Virus record (IMG/VR): IMGVR_UViG_3300027007_000013
Reading direction: 5' to 3' (one strand)
DNA: 64,000 nt
Source of the DNA: a virus
Taxonomy: Duplodnaviria; Heunggongvirae; Uroviricota; Caudoviricetes
Made by a program: the position numbers and the translations under genes. Numbering within the stretch: position 1 is the first letter of the stretch; every line of letters starts with the position of its first letter. Under the pieces are notes generated by a model. That model made no database searches. It had not been told where the DNA came from and saw only the letters and a program-made list of their open reading frames with translations. Below are positions 1-10,233 of the stretch, piece by piece.

Positions 1-171
1 CCCGACGACTGGTACTCGCACCACTACCTCGACAGTGACCGTCAGCGCGAGATCGTCGAATCGCACTGCGACCAGGCGAGCCTCAGTGAGGGAGAGCGAA
101 CGCCCGTGTTCATGACCGCGATACTCCACTACGGACCCGCCTCGATACCACCAGAAGGGGTGGATGTATGA
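1..171 (+). CDS. hypothetical protein, C-terminal fragment (5' end lies outside the window)
   Basis: open frame from the window edge to TGA at 169-171; acidic composition like its neighbours. Confidence 0.3.
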   Translation, partial: PDDWYSHHYLDSDRQREIVESHCDQASLSEGERTPVFMTAILHYGPASIPPEGVDV

Positions 172-683
172 GCGAGTTCGTCCACGACCTGAATCGGTAC
201 GAGTTCCGGAGTGGGAAAGTCAGCCTGGACTTCCGACTGGACGTCCCGAAGGCGCCTCACGAGGACCTGAAAAGCAGTGTGACCATCGAGGAGGGGCTGG
301 TCGACTGCTTCGAGCTCAGGCTTGGCCTGTTGTCACGGGACCAGTACGAACCCGACGAGATACGTGAGGAGATGAACGCCATCGTCGGTGAGATGGACCT
401 CCCGCGGACTCGCTATCGAGCGCAGCGAGAGGAAATCATCGAGATGGAGGTCGAAGAACACGGACTCGATCCGGAGCGCATCCCCGACAAAGACCCCGAC
501 GATGAAATCAACCCCAAGATCTCGTACGATCCACACTGGGGAGAACTCGGGTTCTACCAGATACACCTCGAGTGCCACTCGTTCTGGCCGCCGATCTGGC
601 ACGAGGACGAGTTCATGGAGTTCGTAGAGGCGTACACCGCCGAGTTCGTGGAGCGGTTCGACTGGGATGATCTCGATGACTAA
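168..683 (+). CDS. hypothetical acidic protein
   Basis: 171-aa ORF, D/E-rich; start overlaps the upstream stop (ATGA). Confidence 0.5.
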   Translation: MSEFVHDLNRYEFRSGKVSLDFRLDVPKAPHEDLKSSVTIEEGLVDCFELRLGLLSRDQYEPDEIREEMNAIVGEMDLPRTRYRAQREEIIEMEVEEHGLDPERIPDKDPDDEINPKISYDPHWGELGFYQIHLECHSFWPPIWHEDEFMEFVEAYTAEFVERFDWDDLDD

Positions 684-1302
684 GAACACAGACTATCTGC
701 AACAGCACGGTCCCGTGGCGCCCACTGAGCTCCCCGTTCGAGGTGTCTCGTCAATTGATAAGATGAGCGGGCTCTGGAAGTTCAAGGTGAGTACCGGTAC
801 GGTCTCACGTGTCGGCGGGAGCCTGACACCGGTGTACTACCTCCGTGACATTCACCCACCCGAGCTCGTCGTGCAGCGGTGGTTAGAAGTGAACGAGCGT
901 GCTGTCGAGATGACTCCACGACACGGATTGCGGATGATATTGCGCCGTACTGGGAGCGAGTTCCACGACGCTATCGACGACCTACTCCCCATGGACGATT
1001 CCATGAAGGGGAGGGATCGGGTGGCCAGTGACGGTCAGAACAACCAGCGGATTCAACAGATAATGAGTAAAGTAGAACCACAGACAGCGGTAGGTATAGA
1101 GGAGTATCGAGTCCCGACCCCCGACGAGCTGAGAGAGCTCCGTCGTGATCTCGGCGTCACGCAATCGCAACTGGCGAGCGCGATCGGCTCGCAACAGACG
1201 ACGATCAGCCAGTTCGAGGTTGGGAACACGGACATGATGTCGTCAACGCTCCGAAAAGCCGTTGACTACCTGCGGGAGGTCGGTGATGTCGACGAGAGAT
1301 GA
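667..1302 (+). CDS. XRE-family helix-turn-helix transcriptional regulator
   Basis: C-terminal segment LRELRRDLGVTQSQLASAIGSQQTTISQFEVG matches the Cro/C1-type HTH pattern. Confidence 0.6.
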   Translation: MISMTKNTDYLQQHGPVAPTELPVRGVSSIDKMSGLWKFKVSTGTVSRVGGSLTPVYYLRDIHPPELVVQRWLEVNERAVEMTPRHGLRMILRRTGSEFHDAIDDLLPMDDSMKGRDRVASDGQNNQRIQQIMSKVEPQTAVGIEEYRVPTPDELRELRRDLGVTQSQLASAIGSQQTTISQFEVGNTDMMSSTLRKAVDYLREVGDVDER

Positions 1303-1756
1303 TCCCCACTTCATGGACGAAGTCGCGGGGAAGTTGGACGACCAGGGAACGTGCATCCTCTGCACCAAACCCACGCAGTCACACGCAGTCCTGATCAAAC
1401 CGAACCCCGAGTCGCACTCGTTCGACGTTGGTACGGTCGAAGATATGGAGGAGACGCTTGTCTCGCCACTATCGCTCTGTCACTCGTGCTACGTCGAGTT
1501 CGAGGGTGACGCGGAGTTGATCGCAGAAGCATACGAGATCAAGTTCCGCGAGATGAACGATGCGGCCGGGCTCGACTTCGAGAACCAGCTGGAGACCATG
1601 TTCGAGATGATCGAGAACGACGAGTACATGCTCTGTGTCGAATGTGGCTGGCTCGCCAGCTCAGAGTTCGACAAGGACGAGTGTCCAGAGTGTGGTGGGG
1701 ATGTCGTTCTGGAACGGGGGCGAGATGCACTGGAGGGTAACGAGTACACGCTATGA
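1286..1756 (+). CDS. zinc-finger protein (CxxC pairs)
   Basis: ILCTKP...CHSC and CVECG...CPECGG cysteine pairs; start uncertain (alternative ATG at 1309). Confidence 0.45.
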   Translation: MSTRDDPHFMDEVAGKLDDQGTCILCTKPTQSHAVLIKPNPESHSFDVGTVEDMEETLVSPLSLCHSCYVEFEGDAELIAEAYEIKFREMNDAAGLDFENQLETMFEMIENDEYMLCVECGWLASSEFDKDECPECGGDVVLERGRDALEGNEYTL

Positions 1757-2049
1757 CAGACATAGAGATCGAGACGAGAGAAGTGACCCGAACCGAGCAC
1801 TACGTCGAGCTCGGTGGAGAGAAGTTAGGTGTCGCCGAAGTGCTGGACTTCCTCGACGCTATCGAGGGGACGGATGGGTTCGCCCCGCTCCGGTGGAGCA
1901 GAGAGTATGACCACGTCGCTGAGGCCCTGATGGACGAAGGGATCGTCTCACGAACGGCCCGAGGAAGTTGGTACGAAGCAGATCTCGTTGCCCGGACTGA
2001 GCTCTACGACCAGCTACTTGAGCAGTACATCGAGGCCACCGATGGGTAA
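1753..2049 (+). CDS. hypothetical protein
   Basis: 98-aa ORF, start overlaps the upstream stop, acidic. Confidence 0.45.
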   Translation: MTDIEIETREVTRTEHYVELGGEKLGVAEVLDFLDAIEGTDGFAPLRWSREYDHVAEALMDEGIVSRTARGSWYEADLVARTELYDQLLEQYIEATDG

Positions 2050-2311
2050 GATGTACGACGAACACGGAGAGGTGCTGGAGTTCGTCGGCCACGAACAGAC
2101 ACGAACGCGGGGCGTTCTCCGGACCGATGGGATGGGACGATGGAGCATCGGACCCGAGACGCTCCATTCGCTCCTCCCAGACGGTATCGAGGAGGTTCAG
2201 GACGGCGACGACCTGGACGAGGAGCCCGAGTACGTGTTCCTGTTCAACATCACGGCCTATCGGCCGACGGGAGAGTTCCGCGAAGATGACCCCCACCCCG
2301 AAGACGCATGA
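2044..2311 (+). CDS. hypothetical protein
   Basis: ATG overlaps the stop of the previous gene (ATGGGTAAG); acidic C-terminus. Confidence 0.4.
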
Positions 2312-2525
2312 TGAGCACCTCCGACGCCTGTGTCCTCAAGCACCAATGACCGACCACCACCTACCACCAGAAACGGTTGAGATGACCCTCCCCAGATGGA
2401 TGGTCAAATGGCTCCGTGGCTCTGCGAGACACGAGAAACACACCGCTGTAACACCTGAAGGAGAAGCAGACGCGGAACGGATCGAGCAGATGCTGACCTA
2501 CTACCTGGAGATAGACGATGAGTGA
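2286..2525 (+). CDS. hypothetical protein
   Basis: in-frame ATG inside ORF 2127..2525, chosen to minimise overlap. Confidence 0.3.
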   Translation: MTPTPKTHDEHLRRLCPQAPMTDHHLPPETVEMTLPRWMVKWLRGSARHEKHTAVTPEGEADAERIEQMLTYYLEIDDE

Positions 2526-2892
2526 GTTCGACGACAGCGAGTTCGACGTCAGTGCGTTCGACCCTGATGTCGAATCCATCGACGAAATATTCCAAAGCGA
2601 CCGGGTAGACGTCGAAACATCACTCGGGACCGCGACCTGTGTAGTCACCAGGTACGTCGGCCCAGACGACGACACGGTGTTAGCCTCCCCGCAGAGCATG
2701 ACAGTACGAGACGAGACGATTAGAGACGGTACGATGATCCGGTCGATCCAGGTGGGTGCACAGCTCCCCATCGACATCGGTGGACAGACAGTCGTCGCGA
2801 GGCTGGGCTCGAAGACCTACACTGGCTGGCGGAAAGTCCACTTCGACGGCGCAGTGGTTGATGTCCCGCGTGGGGAGGTCGATCGTGCTTGA
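2518..2892 (+). CDS. hypothetical acidic protein
   Basis: 124-aa ORF, overlaps the upstream stop. Confidence 0.45.
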   Translation: MSEFDDSEFDVSAFDPDVESIDEIFQSDRVDVETSLGTATCVVTRYVGPDDDTVLASPQSMTVRDETIRDGTMIRSIQVGAQLPIDIGGQTVVARLGSKTYTGWRKVHFDGAVVDVPRGEVDRA

Positions 2893-2910
2893 GCTGAAAG
2901 GGAAGTATCG

Positions 2911-3312
2911 GTGCTTCATATGGGGGCACCGGAACAACCTGGAGATCACCGACACCAGAAAGAAAATCACCGTCAAGCGGTGCAGCGAGTGTGGGCGCAT
3001 CAAGTACAAGCGTTGGGGCTAATGGTCGACTACGGCCCACACTGGGATGCAGCGAGAACAGAGGAGCTCGAACGGAGTGACTACACCTGTCAGGGCTGCG
3101 GGCGAGAACACGACCCGAAGACACTGAAAGACGAGACAGGAATTGGTCTGCACGTCCACCACAAGGCGAAGTTCAGATTATTTGACACCGCCGAGGACGC
3201 ACACCGGCCCGAGAATCTTATCGCACTATGTAGTAGATGTCACGGACGAGTTGAGTCCGGGAAGTTGCCCGATTCAAGACCGGATGTGCGAGATGACGTG
3301 AGTATGCGCTAA
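2911..3312 (+). CDS. HNH endonuclease
   Basis: CQGCG...HVHHK...N...LCSRCH motif typical of the HNH nuclease fold; start may instead be ATG 3022. Confidence 0.6.
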   Translation: MLHMGAPEQPGDHRHQKENHRQAVQRVWAHQVQALGLMVDYGPHWDAARTEELERSDYTCQGCGREHDPKTLKDETGIGLHVHHKAKFRLFDTAEDAHRPENLIALCSRCHGRVESGKLPDSRPDVRDDVSMR

Positions 3313-6300
3313 TCGTCTGCGAACACCCGGCTGTAGGTGAGGTCGCTATCCTTGGTGCCAGCCCGGCCACTGTTATCGCCCAGATCAGTAAGATAGTTTT
3401 GTGTGTACTCGACCTGCTCGTCACTCAGGTCGTACAGCTCGCCCATCAGAACGTCCACGTCGTTGATGATCGGTCGTAGCGACCCCATGAAGAAGTCGCC
3501 TCGGCTTTCGCGGGACTTGCTGAACGTCCCCTTCATACGATCCCATAGAGTGTCGGCCATCTCGATGATCCTGTCTTCGCGTGCCTCGATAACGTCTTCA
3601 TCTGGCCACGGGAACGCAGACAGTTGAGTCCAGTTGTGGTGGTGCTGGTTCCCATAGGTGAGCCAGTAGATGTAGTAGAGAGATGAGTTGAGGACCAAGA
3701 ACGCAGCTTTCTGTTCAACCTCGGAATCGAAGTACAGGGGCTGTACCTCTCGTGCTGAGTAGAGCTCCTCCAGCATCGGGTTGATCCAGTACAGAACCCC
3801 CTCTCGACGCCACACCGGAAACACATCGTCGTCCGGCTTGTCCTTGGTGTACCTGTCACGGAACACTGTGTCCGAGTGATCTTCCAAGGTTGTCAGTACC
3901 CCCCGCTTCGTCTCTGGCCCAACCTTCGGGAGGATCGGCCCGTTAGTCCCACCTCCTCCAATCGAATCTCTCAGGATAAGACCGTCTGTCGAAGCATACT
4001 GAATGTCTTTGAACCGTTGCTGTCGGTTATCCTGATTGAATAGAATCAGATCACTTGTGAGGATATCGCCGTTGTCATCTGCTGTTTTCTGACCCGTGAT
4101 GATAGCGACACGGACGTGTGCGTTTTCGAACACACGAGACGGCCGGAATCCGAAGCATGCTATCTGTGCCGGGTCGAGGTTGTCGCGGAGGAGGTCGTGG
4201 AACTCACCGAGCGAAGATTGGTAGATGAGACGGAGCGTGGTGATGTTCCCGAAGTACCCGTTCTCATCCGTCAGCTGGAGCTGTCTCTCGACGAACGGGG
4301 CGGACACGTCGTTGATCGACTCTGTTTCGTACGGGGCGATGAACGTGTCCTCGTTCTGGTTCAGGATGTCCCCGTAGGGCGGGTTTCCGACCACGATGTC
4401 GAACGAAACACTCGATGACAGACCATTCGACTCGTCAAGGGGGAGTAGTTCCGGGAACTCGATGTCCCAGTGGAGAGGCGTCCCCGTGATGTTGTTCAGG
4501 TCGTAGCGCGTGGGCTGGCGCTCGACGTCAGGAAACACGAATCCATCTTCGAGCAAGTCGCGCAGGTCCTCGACGATCGACTCGTGCTCACCAACGGTAC
4601 CTGCATCGAGATGAGTCGTTGGGGCGCTATCTATCCTGTTCTCGATATCGAATGTGGCGCTCTTGTTCGTATCACGCCACTCTTGCCACTCGAACCCGAC
4701 GCTGCTCAGTGCATCTTTATCACTGGCTGTTAAAGCGACTGTGTCGCCATCCTCGTCCAGGCGTTGCGCCTTTACAGACTCGATGACCGGATAGAGGTCG
4801 CCCTCTGGGATCGACTCTACCAGTTCATCGAGCTCGTCGACGCTATTGATCTCCGTGCTTACCGTGTACGTGAGACTACTGAGATACCTCTCGTCCCGGG
4901 CATCACGAATCTCCGACTCTAACTCCATAATGTCTCGGCGCGACCCTTCGTTCTCGAACTTGTAGTCCCGACGCATCTCGGCGAGACCGGGAAGTCTGTC
5001 GTCGATCGCTTTCAGCTGTGTCTGGACGTTGCCCCTGATGGGGAAGCCGACGAGAGAGTTGCCGGACACGATGTTTACGTCGATGTTCGGGAGTGGTCCG
5101 TACCCCGATTCCCACCCGTTATCCTCGACGATCTTCAGCCAGACACGGAGCTTCGCGATCTCGACGCCGACCTTGTCCACGTCCACACCATAGACGACGT
5201 TCAGAGCCAGTTCCTGCTTGGCATCGAACTTTTCCCTATCGGAGGGTTCGTCGCCACCATTCAGCCCGCGCATGATAGATAGCTGGACCTGGTGTATTTC
5301 TTCCATCGCCGTTGTCAGGAAGTGGCCAGACCCACACGCTGGGTCGAGGATCGTCAAGTCGGTTAGCTGTGAGCGGATGTCCTTTAGTGCCTCCGGGTTA
5401 GCACCGTACATGGCGACACCGTCCTCGATGTAGCGTAGTACCTCAGAGAGATCAGTGCCGCTGAGTTCGTTACGGACGTACTCCTCGGAATCGTCGCTCG
5501 AATGTTCGATGAACGCCTCGGTCACGATGTCCATGATCTTCGGGTCCACCGTGTGTTCCGAGATGTGCCGGGTCACGTCGTTTGGCGTGTAGTACGCCCC
5601 GATCTCCTTCTGGCGACCCTCCTCGCCGCCAATGTGGTTGATCGTCTTCTCGAACACACTCCCGAGGATCGCGGGGTCGAAACTCCGGCCGTTCAGCTCC
5701 AACCGATGGCCCTCGATCAGATCGTCGATGATAGTCGGAAGTGTCCGGTCCAGTAAGTTGTACTGTGCCTCGTTTGGAATATTCTCGCGGAACAGACCAC
5801 CGTTCAGGTATGGGATGTCATCGTAGCGCCCTGTGCGCAGTTTTGGGTTCCGCTGGTCCTTGGGGGCGTTGAACAGGTCGTAGAAAAGCGGCTTGATGAA
5901 CGTCTCGTAGAGTGTGCCTGGGACAGTGTCCTTGTTTTCCTCATAGTCCCTGACGAGCGTTCGTAGGAATCCATCTGGGAGGACATCGCGTGTTTCGAGG
6001 AACTTGATGAACAGGAGACGGTTCATCAACGTGACTGCGAACAGGTCCTTCTCTTTGTCGGTCGCTCCACGCGGGGCGACTATGTCATCGCGGAGGCTGG
6101 TCTCGTAGTCGTGCTCGCTACTCTCGCCGAACAGTAGCTCGATGTAGAGTTCGTAAAACTCCTCGACATTGGCGCTCCGCGTGTCACGGAACTCCCTCGG
6201 TGCCGTTTGCGTCAGGAGGGTATGGAGGTTGTCGGGTTCGAAAACGGAGCTGAACGCGTCCAACTCCTCATCAACGTCGACGTCACCAAGCTGTCCCGAC

Positions 6301-6827
6301 CCGATGTGTCCAAGATCGCGAGCAATAGCGTTGATGGCTGGACGGAGATCGACCCGTTCGACCTCGTTAAACTCGAGGAAGTCGCCACCGTGCTCGGCGC
6401 GGTAGACGACCCACTCAAGACCGTCCGTTGCGATCCCATAGTCCGGCCACGCTTTGTTCGAGAGATAATCCTCGACGAGCTCCTGTTCGGCCTGCTCGAT
6501 TTTGTTCGGTGATTTGTTCTCCCCGATCAGAATAAACTCCCCACCCCTCTCGACTATCCGAAAGTCGGGTGCCTCGCGCTGTGTCGTCCCCGCAACGGCA
6601 CGCTGGCTGGCCGGTCGACCAGGTTGGCGGTTGAGTCCGACAGCCTCGATGAGTGGCCATATGAGATGTCCCTCAGTCCACTCCTCTGGCTGATTGTCAA
6701 GATCGGTTATTGTGAGCGTTTCGTCTCTCGCGATCACTCGCTCCACCTTGTGTACATCGTCTACGGTGCTGACGAGTTCGTCGAGAAAGTCTTCGATGAC
6801 TGGTCGAAGATAATGGTCACCTGACAT
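3309..6827 (-). CDS. N6-adenine DNA methyltransferase, large type IIG restriction-modification / BREX PglX-like protein
   Basis: 1172-aa minus-strand ORF with methyltransferase motif X (AYYTPNDV), motif I (ILDPACGSGHFL) and NPPY (IVVGNPPYGD); the only long minus-strand gene. Confidence 0.75.
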   Translation of the reverse strand: MSGDHYLRPVIEDFLDELVSTVDDVHKVERVIARDETLTITDLDNQPEEWTEGHLIWPLIEAVGLNRQPGRPASQRAVAGTTQREAPDFRIVERGGEFILIGENKSPNKIEQAEQELVEDYLSNKAWPDYGIATDGLEWVVYRAEHGGDFLEFNEVERVDLRPAINAIARDLGHIGSGQLGDVDVDEELDAFSSVFEPDNLHTLLTQTAPREFRDTRSANVEEFYELYIELLFGESSEHDYETSLRDDIVAPRGATDKEKDLFAVTLMNRLLFIKFLETRDVLPDGFLRTLVRDYEENKDTVPGTLYETFIKPLFYDLFNAPKDQRNPKLRTGRYDDIPYLNGGLFRENIPNEAQYNLLDRTLPTIIDDLIEGHRLELNGRSFDPAILGSVFEKTINHIGGEEGRQKEIGAYYTPNDVTRHISEHTVDPKIMDIVTEAFIEHSSDDSEEYVRNELSGTDLSEVLRYIEDGVAMYGANPEALKDIRSQLTDLTILDPACGSGHFLTTAMEEIHQVQLSIMRGLNGGDEPSDREKFDAKQELALNVVYGVDVDKVGVEIAKLRVWLKIVEDNGWESGYGPLPNIDVNIVSGNSLVGFPIRGNVQTQLKAIDDRLPGLAEMRRDYKFENEGSRRDIMELESEIRDARDERYLSSLTYTVSTEINSVDELDELVESIPEGDLYPVIESVKAQRLDEDGDTVALTASDKDALSSVGFEWQEWRDTNKSATFDIENRIDSAPTTHLDAGTVGEHESIVEDLRDLLEDGFVFPDVERQPTRYDLNNITGTPLHWDIEFPELLPLDESNGLSSSVSFDIVVGNPPYGDILNQNEDTFIAPYETESINDVSAPFVERQLQLTDENGYFGNITTLRLIYQSSLGEFHDLLRDNLDPAQIACFGFRPSRVFENAHVRVAIITGQKTADDNGDILTSDLILFNQDNRQQRFKDIQYASTDGLILRDSIGGGGTNGPILPKVGPETKRGVLTTLEDHSDTVFRDRYTKDKPDDDVFPVWRREGVLYWINPMLEELYSAREVQPLYFDSEVEQKAAFLVLNSSLYYIYWLTYGNQHHHNWTQLSAFPWPDEDVIEAREDRIIEMADTLWDRMKGTFSKSRESRGDFFMGSLRPIINDVDVLMGELYDLSDEQVEYTQNYLTDLGDNSGRAGTKDSDLTYSRVFADD

Positions 6828-6937
6828 AGATCCTGAACCCAGAGTCTATCGTCGCATCGTACCCCAGTATGTAGTAGTTACGCATCGCACATCGGTACCA
6901 CCAGCAACGACCGTACGTACACACTTTCGACGCTTAA

Positions 6938-7252
6938 GTGGGTAGCGGCCCATATAGGACTATGATTCGCATCGAGTGCGACGAGGCGTACCCATTCCTG
7001 ATGGGGTATCTCACACGTAGTTTCGAGAAAGAGATCGACGGTCAGCGGTGTGGTCCCGAAACGATCATGGCGGCGATGGACGCCGAAGGGGACGAACTGG
7101 TTATGACCGAGCTCCAGGCCAAGTGTGTGGTGGCGCTGTTAGAAGATGGATACGATGTCGAGGAATTGGACAACACGAAGGAAGCCATCGAGAAGTTAGA
7201 ACAGTTGAAAGATGACCTAACCACTGCACTCACTACCACCAGCAGCGGGTGA
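6938..7252 (+). CDS. hypothetical acidic protein
   Basis: 104-aa ORF diverging from the methyltransferase promoter region; ends in the ACCACCAG motif. Confidence 0.5.
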   Translation: MGSGPYRTMIRIECDEAYPFLMGYLTRSFEKEIDGQRCGPETIMAAMDAEGDELVMTELQAKCVVALLEDGYDVEELDNTKEAIEKLEQLKDDLTTALTTTSSG

Positions 7253-7273
7253 TTGAACATGTCAAGAAGGGCT

Positions 7274-7307
7274 GCACGTACATATACACACGCACATATG
7301 TACGTGC
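7274..7307. repeat. 34-bp palindrome GCACGTACATAT-ACACACGCAC-ATATGTACGTGC, copy 1 of 3 identical
   Basis: perfect 12-bp inverted arms; identical copies at 42371 and 63133. Confidence 0.9.
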
Positions 7308-7641
7308 ACTAATCCATGACATGTTTGGGGGTAAATCGGCATGACCCAAATATACCCTTAGAACAAAACGCGATCGGGGGACGGCGACGGGGTCGATTGA
7401 GACTAAGATACCTATACACAGGCAAAGCTTAAGTATGATTAGCGGTTTTTTCACCTCTCACGATCCTTACATCGTGGTACTGGGTACGAAAGTGTTATAT
7501 AGTACGAGAGGTTACTTTTAGGTACATCGAGTTCGGGTTCCTCCGCCCGCTTGATGCATCCCAACGTAAGTTGGACCGACACTCCGTTCCACGCCAAACC
7601 GGGCCCCCCGGTTTCCGCCCTTCCTCAAGGGCTTTTCAGAC

Positions 7642-7791
7642 ATGCCAATCATCCCCGAAGACTGTCCGCGTTGCGACGAAACCCTCGATGTTCAGATATC
7701 ACCAGCTGAGTGTGTACACTGCGGGTTCTTGCTTTATCGCATGAAGTGGAGCGAAAACCTGTATGAGTGAGTGATGGCGTAGCGATATGTA
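7642..7791 (+). CDS. small zinc-ribbon protein
   Basis: 49-aa ORF MPIIPEDCPRCDE...CVHCG with two CxxC pairs; below the ORF-track size cut-off. Confidence 0.3.
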
Positions 7792-8070
7792 ATGCCAGTC
7801 TGTGAGCTGTGCGGGAGAATACGCGCGTCCTGTGTGCTTGGGTTGACCCAGGAGCTACAGGACGACGACTGGCTCCGCCTGGACGTGAGACAGGTGAAGC
7901 TATCGTGCAACCAGTGTGCCGACACGCTGGTGAGTAAAGGGAAAGCAAGGGAAATGCCGTTAGAGGACGGGGATGCGCACGACATCTGGTACAAGAACTG
8001 TCTCGAAATCACAGACGGGAAGCAGTCGATCTGGGCCGGGTGGGTGCCCGATATGCGGAAGATGGTCTGA
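7792..8070 (+). CDS. hypothetical Cys-rich protein
   Basis: 92-aa ORF with CELCG and CNQC pairs. Confidence 0.4.
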   Translation: MPVCELCGRIRASCVLGLTQELQDDDWLRLDVRQVKLSCNQCADTLVSKGKAREMPLEDGDAHDIWYKNCLEITDGKQSIWAGWVPDMRKMV

Positions 8071-8519
8071 AAGTTTTCTGTAGTTGTGTCCAAGTTTAGT
8101 TGTGAAAGTGGGTTTGGACTGAGTGCAAGCTGGGTTGCGTTTGTGTATGGAAAGTGTCTCGTTTTGCTGAGGGGGGTGAAATCGCTATAGGGGAGTGGAT
8201 TTTGGATAGGGAGATTTTCGGACAAAATCGAGAGATGCTCGTTTAGAGACGCCGCTATTCGGTGGATACAGGCCTCCTACGGGCCTTCTGTGGGCACTTC
8301 AGATCGTCTACGAAGGGCACTCTCGGGGCTTCTCGGGCCTGTTTAGAGGCCGACGAAGCACTATGCGTGGATTCTGTGGCGCGGTATTTGGACGTTTGTC
8401 TATATATTCGCCCAGGACGCGATCTGCGACGTCGTCGGTGCGCCCAGGCGCTCCTGGTGGTAGCACGACGGGTGCGCGCGAACTGTCGATGGAGGGTCCA
8501 GAGTGCTCGTTCTCGCAAA

Positions 8520-8705
8520 AACGCTATCCCAGAGGCGCGTGCCGGCTTCGCGCCGCACCCCGCCGACTGTCGCCGTTGGCTCCTGTCGCCTATCCCTGAG
8601 CTCGTTATTGTCGGCGCGCTATCCCTGTGTCGTGCCGTTCTCGTTATCCTGCTCGCGCTATCCCTGCGCCGAGTGTGCTCGTTGGCGTGAAATGCATATC
8701 CCTTG
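8520..8705. repeat. iteron cluster 1: six copies of CGCTATCCC(TG) interleaved with GCTCGTT
   Basis: direct repeats at about 8522, 8588, 8618, 8643, 8658 and 8695, in a non-coding stretch upstream of the cassette array. Confidence 0.8.
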
Positions 8706-8908
8706 CTATGCGATGTGGAGACATTCCCAGTGCGACGTCGTCGTCTTCCTGTCCACACTCTATCACTATGCCTCACGATGATTGAACGCGCCCCAGCGCC
8801 GGAAACCGGCAACGGCGTGACACCCATCGAACCATGCTACGTCTGTCGATTACCAGCAGTCCTATCAGATATACATATATTTAATACCTTACCAGTCCAA
8901 GGATAAGT

Positions 8909-9277
8909 ATGGCAAGAAAAAGCCACCCGGCGGAGCAGACGTGGGACGAGCGGGTCGTCGAGCAGCTGGAGTCGCTCGAGTACGTCGAGCACGTGCACCT
9001 GGACGGCGGCGAGCGCGACTACATCGCGGGACAGCGCGACGTCGACCGCATGACGTGGGTCGTGAAGCTGGACGAGTCGACGATCCAGCAGATCGAGTTC
9101 GTGGAGGGCGCCGACGAGTTCAGCGAGACGCTGCGGGGCGTGCGCAACGACCTGGAGCTGGAGCTGGGCCTGGCGCCGGGCGACTCGTGGATGGAGTGGG
9201 ACGAGATGGCACGCGGGACGATCTACGTGACGGGCACGCACGACAACCGCCCGGGCGGGAGCGACGTCTTCCGCTGA
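8909..9277 (+). CDS. cassette protein with MARKSHP N-terminus, acidic
   Basis: ATG lies inside the conserved 5' hairpin; 122 aa. Confidence 0.55.
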   Translation: MARKSHPAEQTWDERVVEQLESLEYVEHVHLDGGERDYIAGQRDVDRMTWVVKLDESTIQQIEFVEGADEFSETLRGVRNDLELELGLAPGDSWMEWDEMARGTIYVTGTHDNRPGGSDVFR

Positions 9278-9397
9278 GCGCGGCGTGGCGCGGTTACCCG
9301 GCAACGGTTGGCGTCGAGGGACGTCGGTGGTTCGAGTCCACCGCCGGGCGTTGGGCCGAAAAGACCCGGGACTGGCCCGCCCGAACGGAGCGACAGA

Positions 9398-9702
9398 TGA
9401 GTGAAGAACTCGCGCCCGCGGCGGAGCGGGCACTGGCGGAGGAGCACAGGGACGAAATCGCGCTGACGATCATCGACGACGCCGTCGAGCTGTACGAGCT
9501 CGTGTCGCGTGTCGGCCTCATCGCCGAGGATGCAGCCGCCGAGCTCGAGTTCGTCGACGAGCAGGAGGGCTCGATCGACGACGTCCACATGGCGGTCGAC
9601 ATCCTGAACGAGCTCGACGACAAGCTCGTGTACATGAACCGACAGAAGCGTCATGTCGAGAGCCTGCTGAACGAGCTGGAGCTCGTCGAGGAGGACCTGT
9701 AG
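9398..9702 (+). CDS. hypothetical acidic protein
   Basis: internal ATG of ORF 8941..9702; the upstream part of that ORF is a GC-frame artifact overlapping 8909..9277. Confidence 0.5.
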
Positions 9703-9703
9703 A

Positions 9704-9871
9704 TGCCCGAGATCGAGGTGTCGGGCGACGTCGTCAAGGCGCGCCACTTCGGCGAGGTTGATGGCGAGTACGCGAAGCTCGTTGTCCACCGCGACCTGCT
9801 GGCTGACGACGAGAAGGCGACCGTCATCCTCGACGAGATGCGTGACGCGATCGCGCAGGAGGGCCGCTGAT
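9704..9871 (+). CDS. hypothetical small protein
   Basis: 55-aa ORF MPEIEVSGDVVKARHFGE..., tightly packed in the operon. Confidence 0.4.
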
Positions 9872-10067
9872 GCACGACACGTGTCAGTGTGAGGCGTGCA
9901 AGCTGGAGCGCCAGCGCGAGTACGAAGCGTCGTACCCCGAGCAGGCGCGGCGGGACAAGCTGGAACTGGGCGCTGAGGCGACGACCGAGTTCGCCCGCGA
10001 GGAGGCGCTGCTGCTGAAGACGGGGATGACCGAGCGCGACGCGCGGGCCCGGGGGCTGATCGACTGA
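9870..10067 (+). CDS. hypothetical small protein
   Basis: 65-aa ORF overlapping the upstream stop. Confidence 0.45.
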   Translation: MHDTCQCEACKLERQREYEASYPEQARRDKLELGAEATTEFAREEALLLKTGMTERDARARGLID

Positions 10068-10233
10068 TGACCGCGATGGACGACCTGCGCGTCGAGCGAC
10101 AGCACTCGCGCTACGCGGTCGCGTTGGAGAACATCGAGGCGCTCGCGCACGACGGGCTCGAGCAGATGAGCGTCGAGGAGAAAGACGCGATCCTGCGTGA
10201 GATCGAGACGGTCGCGACGGAGGCGTTCGAATG
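10066..10233 (+). CDS. hypothetical small protein
   Basis: 55-aa ORF MTAMDDLRVERQH... Confidence 0.4.

Noticed and set aside
2127-2525. Long 132-aa version of the ORF starting at 2127
   Set aside because: Its upstream 50 codons overlap the better gene at 2044..2311 in another frame. Trimmed to the ATG at 2286.
8520-8705. Possible CRISPR array (repeated CGCTATCCC)
   Set aside because: Repeats are 9-11 bp with irregular 10-25 bp spacing, not 25-40-bp repeats with uniform spacers. Better explained as iterons.
8255-8827. Minus-strand 190-aa ORF and + ORFs across the iteron region
   Set aside because: Arg-rich, repeat-driven frames over what looks like a non-coding iteron and origin region.
8941-9702. 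253-aa + strand ORF overlapping the first cassette gene
   Set aside because: The first 150 codons are an Arg/Gly-rich alternative frame of 8909..9277. Only the part from ATG 9398 is kept as a gene.
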